A stretch of DNA of 62,471 nt, counting the filler. It is 3 parts of 3 records of this genome, joined end to end, with 100 filler letters (N's around TTAATTAATTAA, not from the genome) between each part and the next. Parts side by side here need not be neighbours in the genome. Positions count along the whole stretch, not along the records: positions 1 to 28,079 come from SRR31156797_6411; 2 more parts are not named here. The stretch is one strand, 5' to 3'. The position numbers and the translations under genes are program-made. The first letter of the stretch is position 1. The number at the start of each line of letters is the position of its first letter. Of the stretch, positions 1-11,294 are shown piece by piece. Below the pieces are notes generated by a model. That model had not been told where the DNA came from and searched no databases. It saw only the letters and a list, made by a program, of their open reading frames with translations.

Positions 1-37
1 TCCAGGCGTGCTCCTTCAGCCACTCGGACAACTCACC
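1..37 (-). tRNA. tRNA-Ser(GGA), 5' part; window edge falls at the anticodon
   Basis: Reverse complement GGTGAGTTGTCCGAGTGGCTGAAGGAGCACGCCTGGA matches the 5' half of gammaproteobacterial tRNA-Ser(GGA). Confidence 0.9.
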
Positions 38-68
38 GAAGGTTAACCATATTGGCTAACGAGGCGCT

Positions 69-97
69 AATTTAATGATTCTGTTAAAGATGGTCAA
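69..97 (-). promoter_or_regulatory. sigma70 stable-RNA promoter for the tRNA-Ser
   Basis: TTGACC-17 bp-TAAATT followed by a GC-rich discriminator AGCGCCTC. Confidence 0.7.
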
Positions 98-185
98 GGA
101 AAAAACCTAAAAAAAGCGCCTTTTGCAGGTTGTTTGTTTACTAATTGGCTAAATTGAATATTTTCGATACACGGTAAACTTCAAT

Positions 186-635
186 TTACATTGGTTGGTA
201 GTAACCCGGTACTCGGAACCAACGTCTACACATATCAAGGAAATATCCATAAATTACGCCCATGCCACATGAAACCGCAGCGTTGGTTGCAACTGCTGTT
301 ATCATCTGTTCCGGAGATGCACCAACCGTATACAAGATTGCCGCATACACGGGAGACTGGAACATAACAAAAGCCACTAAATCAGAAAAATTCTTCATTA
401 AGCTTGTTTCAGAGATCCTTCTTCCCTGACGCAATACAAAATCGCGAAACACACCGTAAGGCCAAGCGATCGCGATATTCACTGGTATCGACAACGTTCG
501 AGACGCTAGTGACTGTTCAAAGGTCATATTAGAAATAAAAATTTCTATAATCATTCCCGAAATAAAACAGAACACAACCATCGCGAATGTGTCTGCAGCA
601 GCATGACGAATACAAAATGGGCCACGAGCTTTCAT
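186..635 (-). CDS. alaE: L-alanine exporter AlaE (149 aa)
   Basis: [15 protein letters not shown]...[17 protein letters not shown] motifs; start moved to ATG 635 behind a TGAGGA RBS. Confidence 0.9.
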   Translation of the reverse strand: MKARGPFCIRHAAADTFAMVVFCFISGMIIEIFISNMTFEQSLASRTLSIPVNIAIAWPYGVFRDFVLRQGRRISETSLMKNFSDLVAFVMFQSPVYAAILYTVGASPEQMITAVATNAAVSCGMGVIYGYFLDMCRRWFRVPGYYQPM

Positions 636-906
636 TAACGTCCTCAACAAGCAGCACCGAACTCGGCCATAACTCAAAGGATTGGGCCGAATTCAGTATA
701 ATTAACTAAATAAGTAATAGATAAATAACACAGATCACCACCCATTGAAGGTTAGGCAGTTTATGCGGCTATTAGAGCACGTTATTTGTAGTTTTTGATC
801 TCGTATTTTAAATAATTTAGTGAATTTATAACCAGAAAATACAACAGAACTAGGATCAATCACTTAACCCATTCAGTTGGATAGATGCTATCACTAACTT
901 AAACAA

Positions 907-3327
907 CTAATCGTTTTCTGCTAATAAAACCGTCAACATATCGAGTAGCTCTTGGGGAGGCTTTTCCCCTTGATGTAAATACACTTGGAGTTCGTTCAGA
1001 GCTTCCCAAATCGGAGAATCCTGAGTGAGCTTGAGGGTATTTTGAAGTGCGTCAACAATATCGATGGCTTCACCCATGGCTTTATTTTCAACAGCAATAC
1101 ACAGCTTTACCAACGCCTCTTCCATAGTGCCGTTAAAAGAGGGTAACGGTATTTCTGGATGGAATTGATAGAGCTTTTCACAGTGCAAATACAAGGCGTC
1201 ATCTAACTCTTCTTCGTTGATTGGTTTGGCTATGATGTAGTCTGCACCAGCCTTTAACATACCGTCTCTGGTATCCTTAAAGACATCAGCGGTACAACCC
1301 AATATCAGTACGTTAGATTGCTCACCCTCTAGCTGTCGGATAACGCGAATCGCTTCAACGCCATCTTTGATCGGCATATGATTGTCCATTAACACTAGGT
1401 CAAAATTTCCGTCAGCCACTTCTTGAATCGCTAAATCGCCGTTTTCCACACATTGACACTCAAATCCTTTGTTTCTCATAAAGGTTTCAATGATCATGGT
1501 ATTGGTTCGGTTATCTTCAACAATGAGAACTTTGAGGCCTTCGTAAACCATATGACGAGAAGGTTTAGTCGTGACGAGTTCCGGTTCGCACACCTCTATT
1601 TTGATGTTGACTTGAAAACTGGTGCCAATGCCCGGCTTACTGTTTACCGAAACATTGCCCCCCATTTTCTCGGCAATTTGCTTCACGATCGCCAACCCTA
1701 AACCTGTACCACCAAATCGACGAGTGGTTGATGATTCAGCTTGCTCAAATGGGCGAAATATTTTGTCCTGAGCTTCTGGTTCGATACCAATCCCTGTATC
1801 TCGAACACGAATACTCAAATACAGCTGACCATCCAGTTGTATTTCTCGGATAAACACTTCTACTAAGCCACGAGAAGTAAACTTCACAGCGTTGTTTAGC
1901 AAGTTAAACAGAATTTGGCGAATTCTCGCTTTATCAGAAAAATACCAACGATCTGCAGGTACCTCACAATAAACTTTAAATTGAAGCCCCTTCTCATTGC
2001 ATAACGATGAATAGACACTATTTACGCTGCCGATGAGAAACTGCAATGGAAACTGACTGAAATCTAACTCCATATGACCTTGTTCGTTTTTGGAGTAATC
2101 CAGCATTTCATTCAACAAAGACATCATATGCTCACCTGAATCGTACAGACTTTTGACTTGCTTACGTTGTTCAGGCTTTAGATCCCCCCTTAGTAGTATC
2201 TGCGCCATGCCCAACACACCGTTCATCGGCGTTCTGATTTCGTGGGATAGAGTGGCTAAGAAAATACTTTTCGCCTTAGTAGAGGCTTGCGCTTTAACTT
2301 TTTCGGCTTCTAAATAGATTGTTTTTTGATTGAAGGTATCAATTAAGTAGCGAATTTCATCTTCGCTATTGTAATTCATATCAATCACACCACCTTCTTT
2401 GGATTCGTCAACTTGTTGAGCAATTACCACAATAGGGTTGATGAGATAGCGTTTGAGTAGGTAATAACCAAACATTAAACAAAACAAAAGAAACGGGATA
2501 ATCCCACGCTCTACGCTCATGACGAGTTCATAAACCTCTTCATCAACAAGGCGTCTGGCGTTCATCACATCCAGCTTCCAGTTAAAGTCACCGAAAGTTA
2601 GTTTGCTAACATAGATGTTTTCCCGCAGGCGAAAATTGTTCTCAGTGATGGTTGAACCGTAAGAGTCACGCAGTGATATGCCAAGATTATAACGTTCTGC
2701 TTGATTGGCAATTAGCGAGGTGAGGTTTTGTAAAGAGATGTCGACCGTTGCAACACCCGCAAACTCTCCGTTGATGTAATAAGGAGAAGAAGCCGTAATC
2801 ATGTGCACTTGAGTGAACGAATCTACATAAACCGGTGACCAAAAAACTGCCCCAGCTGGCTCATCCATCGCAGAGACATACCAGACTTCACTGTCGTAGC
2901 CACCGGCTTCCGGATTATTCCAAGATATAAGCTGATCGACTCTGCCATCGGAGGCTCGGTTAAAGAACAGTCCGCTATATTTGATATTGGGGTCGACACT
3001 GAATGGTTGAGGCCAAACTCCCCCACTGACAACCACTTTATCCACGGTGTTAAAAATAGATCGCAACAAACGAGAGCTTTCACTTGGGCTATTAGCGACT
3101 TGGGCAACACTCACAATGCCTTCAAGAACACCAACCGAACGATTTAACGGATCGACGATTTGTGAAGCAAGCAGTTCAGCGCGGACATCCTGATTGAGTT
3201 TTAACTCTTTACGAAAAGGGATATCAACGGCCCAATAAGTCAGTGTACCGATAGTTGCAAGAAAAAAGCACAAATAAGCAATCAGTGCCAAAATACTTTT
3301 ACGCTTTAAAGATGAACGTATTTCCAT
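907..3327 (-). CDS. cqsR: Hybrid sensor histidine kinase (TM-dCache-TM-HAMP-HisKA-HATPase-REC), probable CqsR orthologue
   Basis: FLATLSHEIRTPMNG H-box, N/G boxes, DLVLMDNHMP receiver, dCache W-Y...Y-x-D...D motif; two genes from nadA, as recalled for V. cholerae VC1831. Confidence 0.75.
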   Translation of the reverse strand: MEIRSSLKRKSILALIAYLCFFLATIGTLTYWAVDIPFRKELKLNQDVRAELLASQIVDPLNRSVGVLEGIVSVAQVANSPSESSRLLRSIFNTVDKVVVSGGVWPQPFSVDPNIKYSGLFFNRASDGRVDQLISWNNPEAGGYDSEVWYVSAMDEPAGAVFWSPVYVDSFTQVHMITASSPYYINGEFAGVATVDISLQNLTSLIANQAERYNLGISLRDSYGSTITENNFRLRENIYVSKLTFGDFNWKLDVMNARRLVDEEVYELVMSVERGIIPFLLFCLMFGYYLLKRYLINPIVVIAQQVDESKEGGVIDMNYNSEDEIRYLIDTFNQKTIYLEAEKVKAQASTKAKSIFLATLSHEIRTPMNGVLGMAQILLRGDLKPEQRKQVKSLYDSGEHMMSLLNEMLDYSKNEQGHMELDFSQFPLQFLIGSVNSVYSSLCNEKGLQFKVYCEVPADRWYFSDKARIRQILFNLLNNAVKFTSRGLVEVFIREIQLDGQLYLSIRVRDTGIGIEPEAQDKIFRPFEQAESSTTRRFGGTGLGLAIVKQIAEKMGGNVSVNSKPGIGTSFQVNIKIEVCEPELVTTKPSRHMVYEGLKVLIVEDNRTNTMIIETFMRNKGFECQCVENGDLAIQEVADGNFDLVLMDNHMPIKDGVEAIRVIRQLEGEQSNVLILGCTADVFKDTRDGMLKAGADYIIAKPINEEELDDALYLHCEKLYQFHPEIPLPSFNGTMEEALVKLCIAVENKAMGEAIDIVDALQNTLKLTQDSPIWEALNELQVYLHQGEKPPQELLDMLTVLLAEND

Positions 3328-3557
3328 AAGACTTTGATAATATTTATTTTGATACAGTATAGAGAACTTATAAACGATTGGCTCAATCTATAATCATATT
3401 TCTAACCAGTGATTGAATTACTGAATCAGACTCGCATCACATCCCTATTTAAGGGTAAGATACCAACTAAATTGTCAGCCCTACCAATAACTCAAATATA
3501 CCTCAGCATTCGTGTTAATGGCTGTATATTTATTGGTATCAAGTATGGAAATCTATT

Positions 3558-4127
3558 TTGACCTTACAAGAGATTCTTTCCCTTCCGGAATTAGAAGATA
3601 AATTACTGAATGAAGCAAAGTCACGCGGTTTTGTCGCTGCGATGGCCTGTTCGCCTAACGTTTTACCTCCACAAGAGTGGTTACCGTTTTTATGGGGCGG
3701 TGAAGAGGTTGCACCTTTTAGCGACGGTGAGCAACTTGAAACCTATATTCAGCATATTATTGATATTTGGAACCAATACCGCTCAGCATTGTTGGATGGT
3801 TCTTGGGTTTGGCCTGAAGGTTACAATCTTGATGAAGAAGAGATTGTGAATGACCATGTACGTGATTTTTGCGAAGGCGTGTTACAAGGCTGGCAATTGG
3901 CTCGTGATGATTGGGAAGTATTGATGCCAGAAGAGAGCCAGGACAACGCCCTGCTTGGTGGCGTACTGCTTTCACTGAGTATGCTTTATGATCCAGAAAC
4001 CGCATTGACTACGCTTAATGAGCAAGGTATGGAAGGGTTGGACCAATTTGAAGAGATCTACAACGCTATTCCGGTAATGCTATGTGGCCTGACTCAACGA
4101 GGTGTTGCCCTCGCTGAAGCACAATAA
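3558..4127 (+). CDS. UPF0149/YecA-family protein
   Basis: GFVAAMACSP..LPPQEWLP and FCEG..GW..DW motifs; very acidic. Confidence 0.8.
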   Translation: MTLQEILSLPELEDKLLNEAKSRGFVAAMACSPNVLPPQEWLPFLWGGEEVAPFSDGEQLETYIQHIIDIWNQYRSALLDGSWVWPEGYNLDEEEIVNDHVRDFCEGVLQGWQLARDDWEVLMPEESQDNALLGGVLLSLSMLYDPETALTTLNEQGMEGLDQFEEIYNAIPVMLCGLTQRGVALAEAQ

Positions 4128-4153
4128 GCGGCGGGCGCTGTTTTCTCAGTAAC

Positions 4154-4184
4154 AAAAAAGCCAGTGACTCAGAGCACTGGCTTT
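4154..4184. terminator. Bidirectional intrinsic terminator between the yecA-like gene and nadA
   Basis: AAAGCCAGTG-loop-CACTGGCTTT with flanking A/T runs. Confidence 0.8.
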
Positions 4185-4216
4185 ATCATATCGACCATCA
4201 GGTTAGAGTGTCACAG

Positions 4217-5278
4217 TTAAGCGTTGCCTTTCACTTTTAAGTTCAGTTGCTCGGCAAAATCTAACATACGATTGAGTGGGATGAGAGATTTTACTCTCAG
4301 CGCTTCATCAACATAGATCTCATGCTCTTGACCACCATCACGCAACGCTTTCTCTATCGCTTTTAAGCCATTCATTGCCATCCAAGGACAGTGAGCACAG
4401 CTACGACAAGTAGCACCCGCACCTGCTGTTGGCGCTTCGATTAGCTCTTTTTCTGGCACTAATTGCTGCATTTTAAAGAAAATACCTTTGTCGGTTGCAA
4501 CAATCATTTTTTGCTGAGGGAGCTCTTTAGCAGCCTTGATTAATTGACTTGTTGAGCCAACCGCATCGGCTAATTCAACCACACTGGAAGGCGATTCAGG
4601 GTGTACCAGAATTGCCGCTTCAGGGTAAAGGCCTTTCATTTTTTTCAAAGCGTCAGAAGAGAACTCATCGTGTACGACACACTCACCTTGCCATAGCAAC
4701 ATGTCTGCGCCAGTCTTATTCGCGATGTACGAACCTAAATGACGATCAGGTCCCCAGATGATTTTCTTATCTTCTGAATCCAGCTGTTCGACAATCTCCA
4801 ATGCGATACTCGAAGTCACTACCCAATCAGCACGCGCTTTGACAGCAGCAGAGGTATTGGCATAGACAACCACGGTATGATCCGGGTGCGCATCACAAAA
4901 CTCAGAGAACTTATCTGCAGGGCAGCCTAAATCTAATGAACATTCTGCATCCAGCGTTGGCATTAGAATGCGCTTCTCAGGCGTCAGAATTTTTGCAGAT
5001 TCACCCATAAAGCGAACACCTGCGATGATCAAAGTACTCGCAGAATGACGATTACCAAACTTCGCCATCTCTAATGAATCACCAACAAAGCCGCCAGTGT
5101 CCTCAGCCAAAGCTTGGATTTCAGGATCGGTGTAATAATGCGCGATCAGTACTGCGTCTTTTTCTTTTAGCAGTTGTTTGATGCTAGCGAGGTAGGTTTG
5201 TTTCTCTTCGTCCGATAACGGAATAGGTTTCGGAGGAAATGGGTAAACAGTATCGATTTTATCCAAAATATGGTTCAT
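4217..5278 (-). CDS. nadA: Quinolinate synthase NadA
   Basis: LIAHYY, GDSLEMA, ECSLD, CVVH, CAHCPWM motifs; start could be 5296. Confidence 0.95.
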   Translation of the reverse strand: MNHILDKIDTVYPFPPKPIPLSDEEKQTYLASIKQLLKEKDAVLIAHYYTDPEIQALAEDTGGFVGDSLEMAKFGNRHSASTLIIAGVRFMGESAKILTPEKRILMPTLDAECSLDLGCPADKFSEFCDAHPDHTVVVYANTSAAVKARADWVVTSSIALEIVEQLDSEDKKIIWGPDRHLGSYIANKTGADMLLWQGECVVHDEFSSDALKKMKGLYPEAAILVHPESPSSVVELADAVGSTSQLIKAAKELPQQKMIVATDKGIFFKMQQLVPEKELIEAPTAGAGATCRSCAHCPWMAMNGLKAIEKALRDGGQEHEIYVDEALRVKSLIPLNRMLDFAEQLNLKVKGNA

Positions 5279-5416
5279 TGCTCTTGCTCTATGCAACTTC
5301 CTTTAATCCGAGCATTGTACACCGACATAGATTAGATAGGCAAAATTGATTCTGCTTATCGATAAACTCAACAGTTACACTAACAGCCAAAGCGAATGAC
5401 AACCGCCCAATAGCAA

Positions 5417-5440
5417 AGAAGCTACCCAAAGGTAGCTTCT
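5417..5440 (-). terminator. Terminator hairpin after cpoB (end of tol-pal operon)
   Basis: AGAAGCTACC-CAAA-GGTAGCTTCT perfect 10-bp stem. Confidence 0.75.
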
Positions 5441-5446
5441 AAATGA

Positions 5447-6226
5447 CTATTTCAAATGTTCGCTTGCCACTTTGGCCGAGGCACTCGTTGGATACTCATC
5501 AACCACTTGTTGATAATACTTCTTAGCCTGCTCAGCGTTATTGTTTCTCGCCGCGATATCACCCAATTTAACCAGCGCATCAGCTCGCTTGTTAGAGTCA
5601 TTGTATGTCACCACTGCAGCAAAACTGCTCACCGCTTCTTTATCTTGCTTCTTGGCAAAATAGAGCTGGCCTAACCAATAATGCGCATTAGGCGCAAAGT
5701 TGGAGTTTGGATAATCTTTTTGGAACTGTTGAAAAGCGTCTATCGCACCGGAATAATCGCGTTTCTTTAAAATAAGATCGACAGCGTTTTGATAAGCCGC
5801 TTGCTCGTCAGCATCGCTACTGAATGTACCTTGAGGTACTGCTTCATCATTTTGTGGAGCAACGGTCGCCGCTGGCTTTTTCGCTTCACTACGAACACGA
5901 TCAAGTTCAATGAACAATTCTCGTTGACGTTGCAACATTTGCTGCATGTCGTAGTTACTCTTTTCTATCTGACCACGCAATTCATTAATTTCCAGAGCCA
6001 TATTATCGACTTGCTGCTGCATACGAATACGAACACGATTGCTGTTTTCGAGCATGCGTTCTAAGCGTTGTACGTCAGATTCAGATGAGGTTGAACGAAC
6101 AGCGGAAGTGCTGCTATTAGATGTGCTATTACTGAGATCAGATACTGGAGCTGGTGCAGCGAACGAAGCGTTCGCTGCACTTGCCAGTAACGTAAGCGTG
6201 ATCACGCGCTTTAAGTTACTGAACAT
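5447..6226 (-). CDS. cpoB: Tol-Pal system protein CpoB (YbgF)
   Basis: Signal peptide, coiled coil, C-terminal TPR (APNAHYWLGQ); downstream of pal. Confidence 0.95.
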   Translation of the reverse strand: MFSNLKRVITLTLLASAANASFAAPAPVSDLSNSTSNSSTSAVRSTSSESDVQRLERMLENSNRVRIRMQQQVDNMALEINELRGQIEKSNYDMQQMLQRQRELFIELDRVRSEAKKPAATVAPQNDEAVPQGTFSSDADEQAAYQNAVDLILKKRDYSGAIDAFQQFQKDYPNSNFAPNAHYWLGQLYFAKKQDKEAVSSFAAVVTYNDSNKRADALVKLGDIAARNNNAEQAKKYYQQVVDEYPTSASAKVASEHLK

Positions 6227-6242
6227 GAGGTTCTTCCTCGAA

Positions 6243-6788
6243 TTAGTATACTAGAACTGCACGGCGGTTCTTAGCGTATACGTCGTCAGACTGACCTAGA
6301 AGAAGAGGTTTTTCTTCGCCGTAGCTAACGATTGAGATTTGGTCCGCTTGAACGCCTAGAGCTTCTAGGTATTTAGCAACAGCTTGTGCACGACGTTCAC
6401 CTAGAGCGATGTTGTACTCAGGAGTACCACGCTCATCAGCGTGACCTTCGATAGTCACTTTTAGGCTAGGTGTTTTTGTTAGGTATGCAGCGTGCGCAGC
6501 TAGCATTTCTTCGTAGTCGCCCGCGATAGTCGCGTTATCGAATGCGAAGTAAATTGTTTGAGTTTCACGTAGAGCTTGCTCTTTAAGTTCTTGCTCTGAC
6601 AGTTGACCGTTTTCATCCATTGGAGAAACAACAGTTGTGTCAACCTGACCATTTTCGCCAGCAGTAGTTTGTTGGTTAGTTGTTTCAGAACCAGAGTTGC
6701 TCGCAGCATCGTCGCTTGAACTACAAGCTGTCACTGCTAGTACAGGTAGCGCAATAAGTAGCCCTTTAAGAACTTTATTAAGTTGCAT
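6243..6788 (-). CDS. pal: Peptidoglycan-associated lipoprotein Pal
   Basis: Lipobox [26 protein letters not shown]; start reassigned to MQLNKVLKG. Confidence 0.97.
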   Translation of the reverse strand: MQLNKVLKGLLIALPVLAVTACSSSDDAASNSGSETTNQQTTAGENGQVDTTVVSPMDENGQLSEQELKEQALRETQTIYFAFDNATIAGDYEEMLAAHAAYLTKTPSLKVTIEGHADERGTPEYNIALGERRAQAVAKYLEALGVQADQISIVSYGEEKPLLLGQSDDVYAKNRRAVLVY

Positions 6789-6817
6789 CTTGTTTTCCTT
6801 TATTTTGTATTTCTTTG

Positions 6818-8170
6818 CTATAAAAACGGAGACCACGCAGGAGCTCGAACACGCCCATTTGTTGCCGGTAATCTAGCTTTAAATCTTCCGTCTATTGAAA
6901 CCATCGATAAAACGTTGGTCTTGTTGTAGATGGAACTGTATATGACCATACCACCATTTGGCGCGATACTTGGAGACTCATCAAGCAAAGTTTTTGTCAG
7001 AACTTGCACTGAACCGGTTTCCAAATCCTGTTTTGCCAAATTAAACCCTGAATTACTGCGATTAACCATAATGAGGAAACGCCCGTCAGGAGTAATTTGA
7101 CCGCCCAAATTTTGGCTGCCCTGCCAAGTCAAACGAGTCGTCGCACGGTCTGATAAATTTACTTGATATATCTGTGGTTTACCACCCCGATCGGACGTAA
7201 ATATGAGTGATTTACCATCTGGATGCCAGAATGGTTCTGTGTTATTTGAGCGACCACTCGTTATTTGAGTCAATTTACGTGTCGCTAAGTTCAATGTGTA
7301 AACTTGTAGTGACCCCGTTTGTGACAGCACTAATGCCATAGATTTGCCGTCAGGGGAAAATTTAGGCGCGCCATTATGACGAGGGTATGAGGTCACTTTT
7401 TCACGCTGGCCAGTATAAATATTCATCATAAATATTTCTGCTTGACCATTCTGGAAGCTCACATACGCTAACGTTTTGCCATCTGGCGACCACGAAGGTG
7501 ACATCAACGGCTGCTTAGAACGCAATACCAAACGTTCATTGTAGCCATCATAGTCGGCAACACGAAGTTGGTATGGGTAAGGGTCTTTATCGTTGACCAC
7601 CACATAAGCAACACGTGTTAAAAACGCACCTTTCTCACCGGTAAGTTGTTCATACACTAAATCTGAAATACGGTGTGCATACTCGCGCATGCGTTTGGCC
7701 GGTACTGTCGCAACTTTGTTGAACAATACATGGTCTTTTGACAAAACCAAATGACCATCCGAGCTCAATGATTTGCTTTGGCCCTGGGTCAATTGCCCAC
7801 GAACCACATCAACCAGTTGGTAATTGATGACATAATTACCTTCCGCATTTTGCGTAATGCTACCCGTCAACAATGCATCAACACCTACACCTGTCCAAGC
7901 GTCAAATTTCACTTCAGACTCTGTGTACGGTGTTTGTGGCATTTTATTGGTCGCAATTGGACTAAATTTACCACTGCGTTGTAAGTCGGAAGCAATTACC
8001 CCCGAAACATCTTGAGGCAAAGGTGCATTACCTTCCCACTTGAACGGGACGATAGCAATTGGACGAGCAGAGTTGATGCCGTCAGTAATAACCAGCTCCA
8101 ACGCTGCATTGGCAAATTGCAGACTACTTGTGATGACAAGTACACATCCTAAAATCAATCGCTTAAGCAC
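6818..8170 (-). CDS. tolB: Tol-Pal beta-propeller protein TolB
   Basis: LELVITDG N-terminus, repeated P.WSPDG PD40 blades, PAWSPFL end. Confidence 0.97.
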   Translation of the reverse strand: MLKRLILGCVLVITSSLQFANAALELVITDGINSARPIAIVPFKWEGNAPLPQDVSGVIASDLQRSGKFSPIATNKMPQTPYTESEVKFDAWTGVGVDALLTGSITQNAEGNYVINYQLVDVVRGQLTQGQSKSLSSDGHLVLSKDHVLFNKVATVPAKRMREYAHRISDLVYEQLTGEKGAFLTRVAYVVVNDKDPYPYQLRVADYDGYNERLVLRSKQPLMSPSWSPDGKTLAYVSFQNGQAEIFMMNIYTGQREKVTSYPRHNGAPKFSPDGKSMALVLSQTGSLQVYTLNLATRKLTQITSGRSNNTEPFWHPDGKSLIFTSDRGGKPQIYQVNLSDRATTRLTWQGSQNLGGQITPDGRFLIMVNRSNSGFNLAKQDLETGSVQVLTKTLLDESPSIAPNGGMVIYSSIYNKTNVLSMVSIDGRFKARLPATNGRVRAPAWSPFL

Positions 8171-8184
8171 AAGCTTTATCCTTT

Positions 8185-9258
8185 TTACTCTGGTACTACG
8201 GTTAAATTAATATTCTTTAGTTTTTCGATGACATCAGGCTCATCTTTCGGTAACGGAAATGTTCCTACTTGCGCTACTGCACGGCGGGTAGCCGCACACA
8301 ATCGAGTATCACCATCTAATACTGATACATCGTTTACAATGGCCCCTGTTCCGGTTGGGATCAGACGTAGGTTTACCCTACACTGCTTTCCCCTGAAACT
8401 GTCCTCTAACAATAAATTTTGTTGAATCAGTTGGGAGTAAATTGCCCCCCAACGCTGTGATTCATCCGCTACGTATTGAGATCGCGCAGAGGTATTTTGC
8501 GCCGCTTCACTCTCTAAGCCTGAAAAAATGCTGTTTAACGCTTTTTCCTGCTCTTTACGTTCACGCTCTAACTGTTCTAAACGCTCTTTTTCTTTACGAG
8601 CCTTCTCAGCTGCGTCTTTTGCCGCTTTCTCTTTTACAATGCGCTCTTGCTCTGCTTTTTCAGCTGCTTCACGCTCGCGCTGAGCTTTCTCTTGCGCTTC
8701 TTGCGCTGCTTTTTCACGTTCTATGCGAGCCTGCTCTGCCTTTGCTGCTGCCGCTTCTTTTGCGACACGTTCCGCTTCGGCTTTATTAGCCGCTTCTTGT
8801 TTCGCTTTGCGCTCAGCTTCCGCTTTTGCAGCTTGCTCTTTTGCGACTCGCGCTTTTTCAGCCGCGACTTTTTGTTCTTTTTCTTGTTGCTGACGACGTT
8901 TTTCAGCTTCTCTCGTCGCTTTCGCCTCTTTCGCCTGTTGCTCTTTCAGTTTGCGAATTCGTTCTTCTTCCGCTTTACGATTTTTCTCAAGTTGTTCGCT
9001 TTCGCGTCGCAACTTGTCTAAACGATCTTGTTCTTTTTTCGAAGCTTCAGCACGCTGACTGCGAATTTTTTGTGCTTGCTGTTGAACCAGTTGAGGATCA
9101 ATAACAACTGCTTGAACCATATTTCCTGTCGGTTCGGGTTTAGACATGGTGAAGTCTGTTCCCCAAAGCAAAGCGGCGATCAAAACCGCATGTAAACCAA
9201 CAGATATGGCAATCGGCTTACTGTATGATGAGTGCTTCTTCGACTTATGATCTTTCAT
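8185..9258 (-). CDS. tolA: Cell envelope integrity protein TolA
   Basis: SVGLH TM motif, long K/E/A helical region, C-terminal domain with two Cys. Confidence 0.95.
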   Translation of the reverse strand: MKDHKSKKHSSYSKPIAISVGLHAVLIAALLWGTDFTMSKPEPTGNMVQAVVIDPQLVQQQAQKIRSQRAEASKKEQDRLDKLRRESEQLEKNRKAEEERIRKLKEQQAKEAKATREAEKRRQQQEKEQKVAAEKARVAKEQAAKAEAERKAKQEAANKAEAERVAKEAAAAKAEQARIEREKAAQEAQEKAQREREAAEKAEQERIVKEKAAKDAAEKARKEKERLEQLERERKEQEKALNSIFSGLESEAAQNTSARSQYVADESQRWGAIYSQLIQQNLLLEDSFRGKQCRVNLRLIPTGTGAIVNDVSVLDGDTRLCAATRRAVAQVGTFPLPKDEPDVIEKLKNINLTVVPE

Positions 9259-9272
9259 GAACGCTGTTAAGC

Positions 9273-9716
9273 CTATTCCTTGATATCCGTTAACAATCCG
9301 ACTTTTGGTATACCAGCTCGACTTAATTCATCTAACACAAGTACAACCTCAGCATAAGGTGTGGAAGCATCTCCCCCCACCGCGACAGGGGAATTGGGTT
9401 TAAGAGACAGTTCCGCTTTTACTCGGACAATCACATCTTGCAGCGATAATCCTCTTTGAACCTCTTCATCATTGACGCTTAGACCTAAGTTACCTTCTTT
9501 ATCTATTTCAACAATGATAAAACTCGCATCACTATCACCAGCAAGATCAGATGCTGGCTTTGCCGTTGATGTCTTAGGTAACTCTACGTCGACCCCTTGA
9601 GTCACGAACGGTGATGTCACCATGAAGATGATCAGCAACACCAACATAACATCGATATAGGGTACAACGTTAATTTCAGCAGTCAGTTTGCGCTTCTTAG
9701 GCTGATAACCGGCCAT
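9273..9716 (-). CDS. tolR: TolR
   Basis: EINVVPYIDVMLVLLIIFM. Confidence 0.97.
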   Translation of the reverse strand: MAGYQPKKRKLTAEINVVPYIDVMLVLLIIFMVTSPFVTQGVDVELPKTSTAKPASDLAGDSDASFIIVEIDKEGNLGLSVNDEEVQRGLSLQDVIVRVKAELSLKPNSPVAVGGDASTPYAEVVLVLDELSRAGIPKVGLLTDIKE

Positions 9717-9719
9717 GGA

Positions 9720-10403
9720 TTATTCCCTACCCGCCATCGCCTGGCGGTGCAAGATGCTGTGAAATTCTTCAGAAAATGTAGCGTAAGCGTGTTCAAGCTT
9801 ACCCACGGTGTTGCTTAAACGGTTATACGCCATAACTGCTGGAATAGCGGCAAACAGACCCATTGCGGTCGCAACCAGAGCTTCTGCAATACCTGGAGCA
9901 ACCATTGCTAGCGTCGCTTGTTTTACTGCGCCAAGGGCAATGAATGCGTGCATGATACCCCACACCGTGCCAAATAAGCCGATGTAAGGACTGATAGAGC
10001 CGACCGTTGCAAGGAATGGTAAACTCGTTTCTAACTCTTCAACTTCACGAGCTACCGATACACGCATAGCACGCCCTGTCCCTTCCATGACGTAATCGGG
10101 AGAGTTGGAGTTGGTTTTACGTAAACGAGCAAACTCAGTGAAACCAGAGTAAAAAATCTCTTCGGTTCCCATGATATCCTCTTTGCGTTTTTTCACGTCT
10201 TGATAAAGCACGGCTAAGTCTGTGCCTGACCAAAACTTATCTTCAAATGCTTCGGCGTCACGTGTGGCTTGAGATAAAATTTTATGGCGTTTAATAATCA
10301 TTGCCCACGAAACAATCGACATGCCTAGCAAAATGAGCATGACCATTTTTACTAACAGACTTGCCTGAAGAAAAAGGTCCAGAATTGAAATATCAGCGTG
10401 CAC
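9720..10403 (-). CDS. tolQ: TolQ
   Basis: [37 protein letters not shown]. Confidence 0.97.
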   Translation of the reverse strand: MHADISILDLFLQASLLVKMVMLILLGMSIVSWAMIIKRHKILSQATRDAEAFEDKFWSGTDLAVLYQDVKKRKEDIMGTEEIFYSGFTEFARLRKTNSNSPDYVMEGTGRAMRVSVAREVEELETSLPFLATVGSISPYIGLFGTVWGIMHAFIALGAVKQATLAMVAPGIAEALVATAMGLFAAIPAVMAYNRLSNTVGKLEHAYATFSEEFHSILHRQAMAGRE

Positions 10404-10803
10404 TGTTGGTTAACTCCAAAATAATAGATTTAGGCATAGCCTTAGGTTTCATGTTCTCATTGTCGATACATGCTACCTTAACTACTGCTTTACACAACAC
10501 CTTGTTTTCAGGATTGACGAGCTCCTGACAGAATATTAGCGAAGCTTTTTTTAACTCAGAAATGGTAGTAACCACTTCGAGTTGATCGTCTAATCGAGCG
10601 CCTTGCATAAAGTCGATATCAGCATGTCTGACAACAAACCCGATGTGTTGTTCCAATAAAACATTTTGTGACACCCCGATTGAACGCAACATTTCGGTCC
10701 GCGCACGTTCAAAAAACTTGAGATAGTTTGAATGGTATACCACGCCACCGGCGTCTGTATCTTCGTAATAAATCGTGATTGGCCAACGGAACGATTGCAT
10801 CAT
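10393..10803 (-). CDS. ybgC: Tol-Pal-associated acyl-CoA thioesterase YbgC
   Basis: [26 protein letters not shown]. Confidence 0.95.
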   Translation of the reverse strand: MMQSFRWPITIYYEDTDAGGVVYHSNYLKFFERARTEMLRSIGVSQNVLLEQHIGFVVRHADIDFMQGARLDDQLEVVTTISELKKASLIFCQELVNPENKVLCKAVVKVACIDNENMKPKAMPKSIILELTNSAR

Positions 10804-10906
10804 TTCAGAAAAACTACTTAGCTAATAGATAGTGTGAAGGTTTTACTATAACGCAACTCCTTGTTGTTAGTACAAGGGGGAATGAAGATTTTCGTAACAG
10901 AGTATC

Positions 10907-10945
10907 AAAAAAATTAGCGCTACCTCAAAGAGACAGCGCTAATTT
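10907..10945 (-). terminator. Terminator of the cyd operon
   Basis: AAATTAGCGCT...AGCGCTAATTT stem with a minus-strand T-tail. Confidence 0.75.
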
Positions 10946-10988
10946 GAATAAACATTAACCAAAGCTATTGATAAAACTAACAGATGCT

Positions 10989-11294
10989 TTATGCAAAAAG
11001 CCTTATACCGGCAAAAGTCATCAATATTGGTAATGAAATGTATGGGCTAAAAAGCAATTGCCACAGCCAAAAACGAGGCTTAAAACCAACACCAAATATC
11101 ATACTCGAACACATTGCCCAGATAATAAGTGGAGATACCAGCGCATTAAACCCACCAATGCTTTGACCGTAAGCTTCTGGGTCCCACATAATCGAAATCA
11201 GGTGGTAGAAGCCCAGAAGGAGAGATAAAGCCTTAAACAAGGCTTTATCTATTGGAGTGTGTAACTTGGCAACTTGTGTCGACAAGTTACTCAC
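10989..11294 (-). CDS. ybgE: cyd operon membrane protein YbgE
   Basis: WDP, IWAMCSSMIFGVGFKPR..WQLLFSP; follows cydX. Confidence 0.9.
   Translation of the reverse strand: MSNLSTQVAKLHTPIDKALFKALSLLLGFYHLISIMWDPEAYGQSIGGFNALVSPLIIWAMCSSMIFGVGFKPRFWLWQLLFSPYISLPILMTFAGIRLFA

Noticed and set aside
3330-3545. Fur-like (GATAATATTTAT) and LexA-like (CTGTATATTT) half-matches between cqsR and yecA
   Set aside because: Neither completes its palindrome; expected by chance in AT-rich DNA.
8228-9104. Several + strand ORFs opposite tolA
   Set aside because: Shadow frames of the low-complexity K/E/A tolA region, with no RBS or recognisable motifs.
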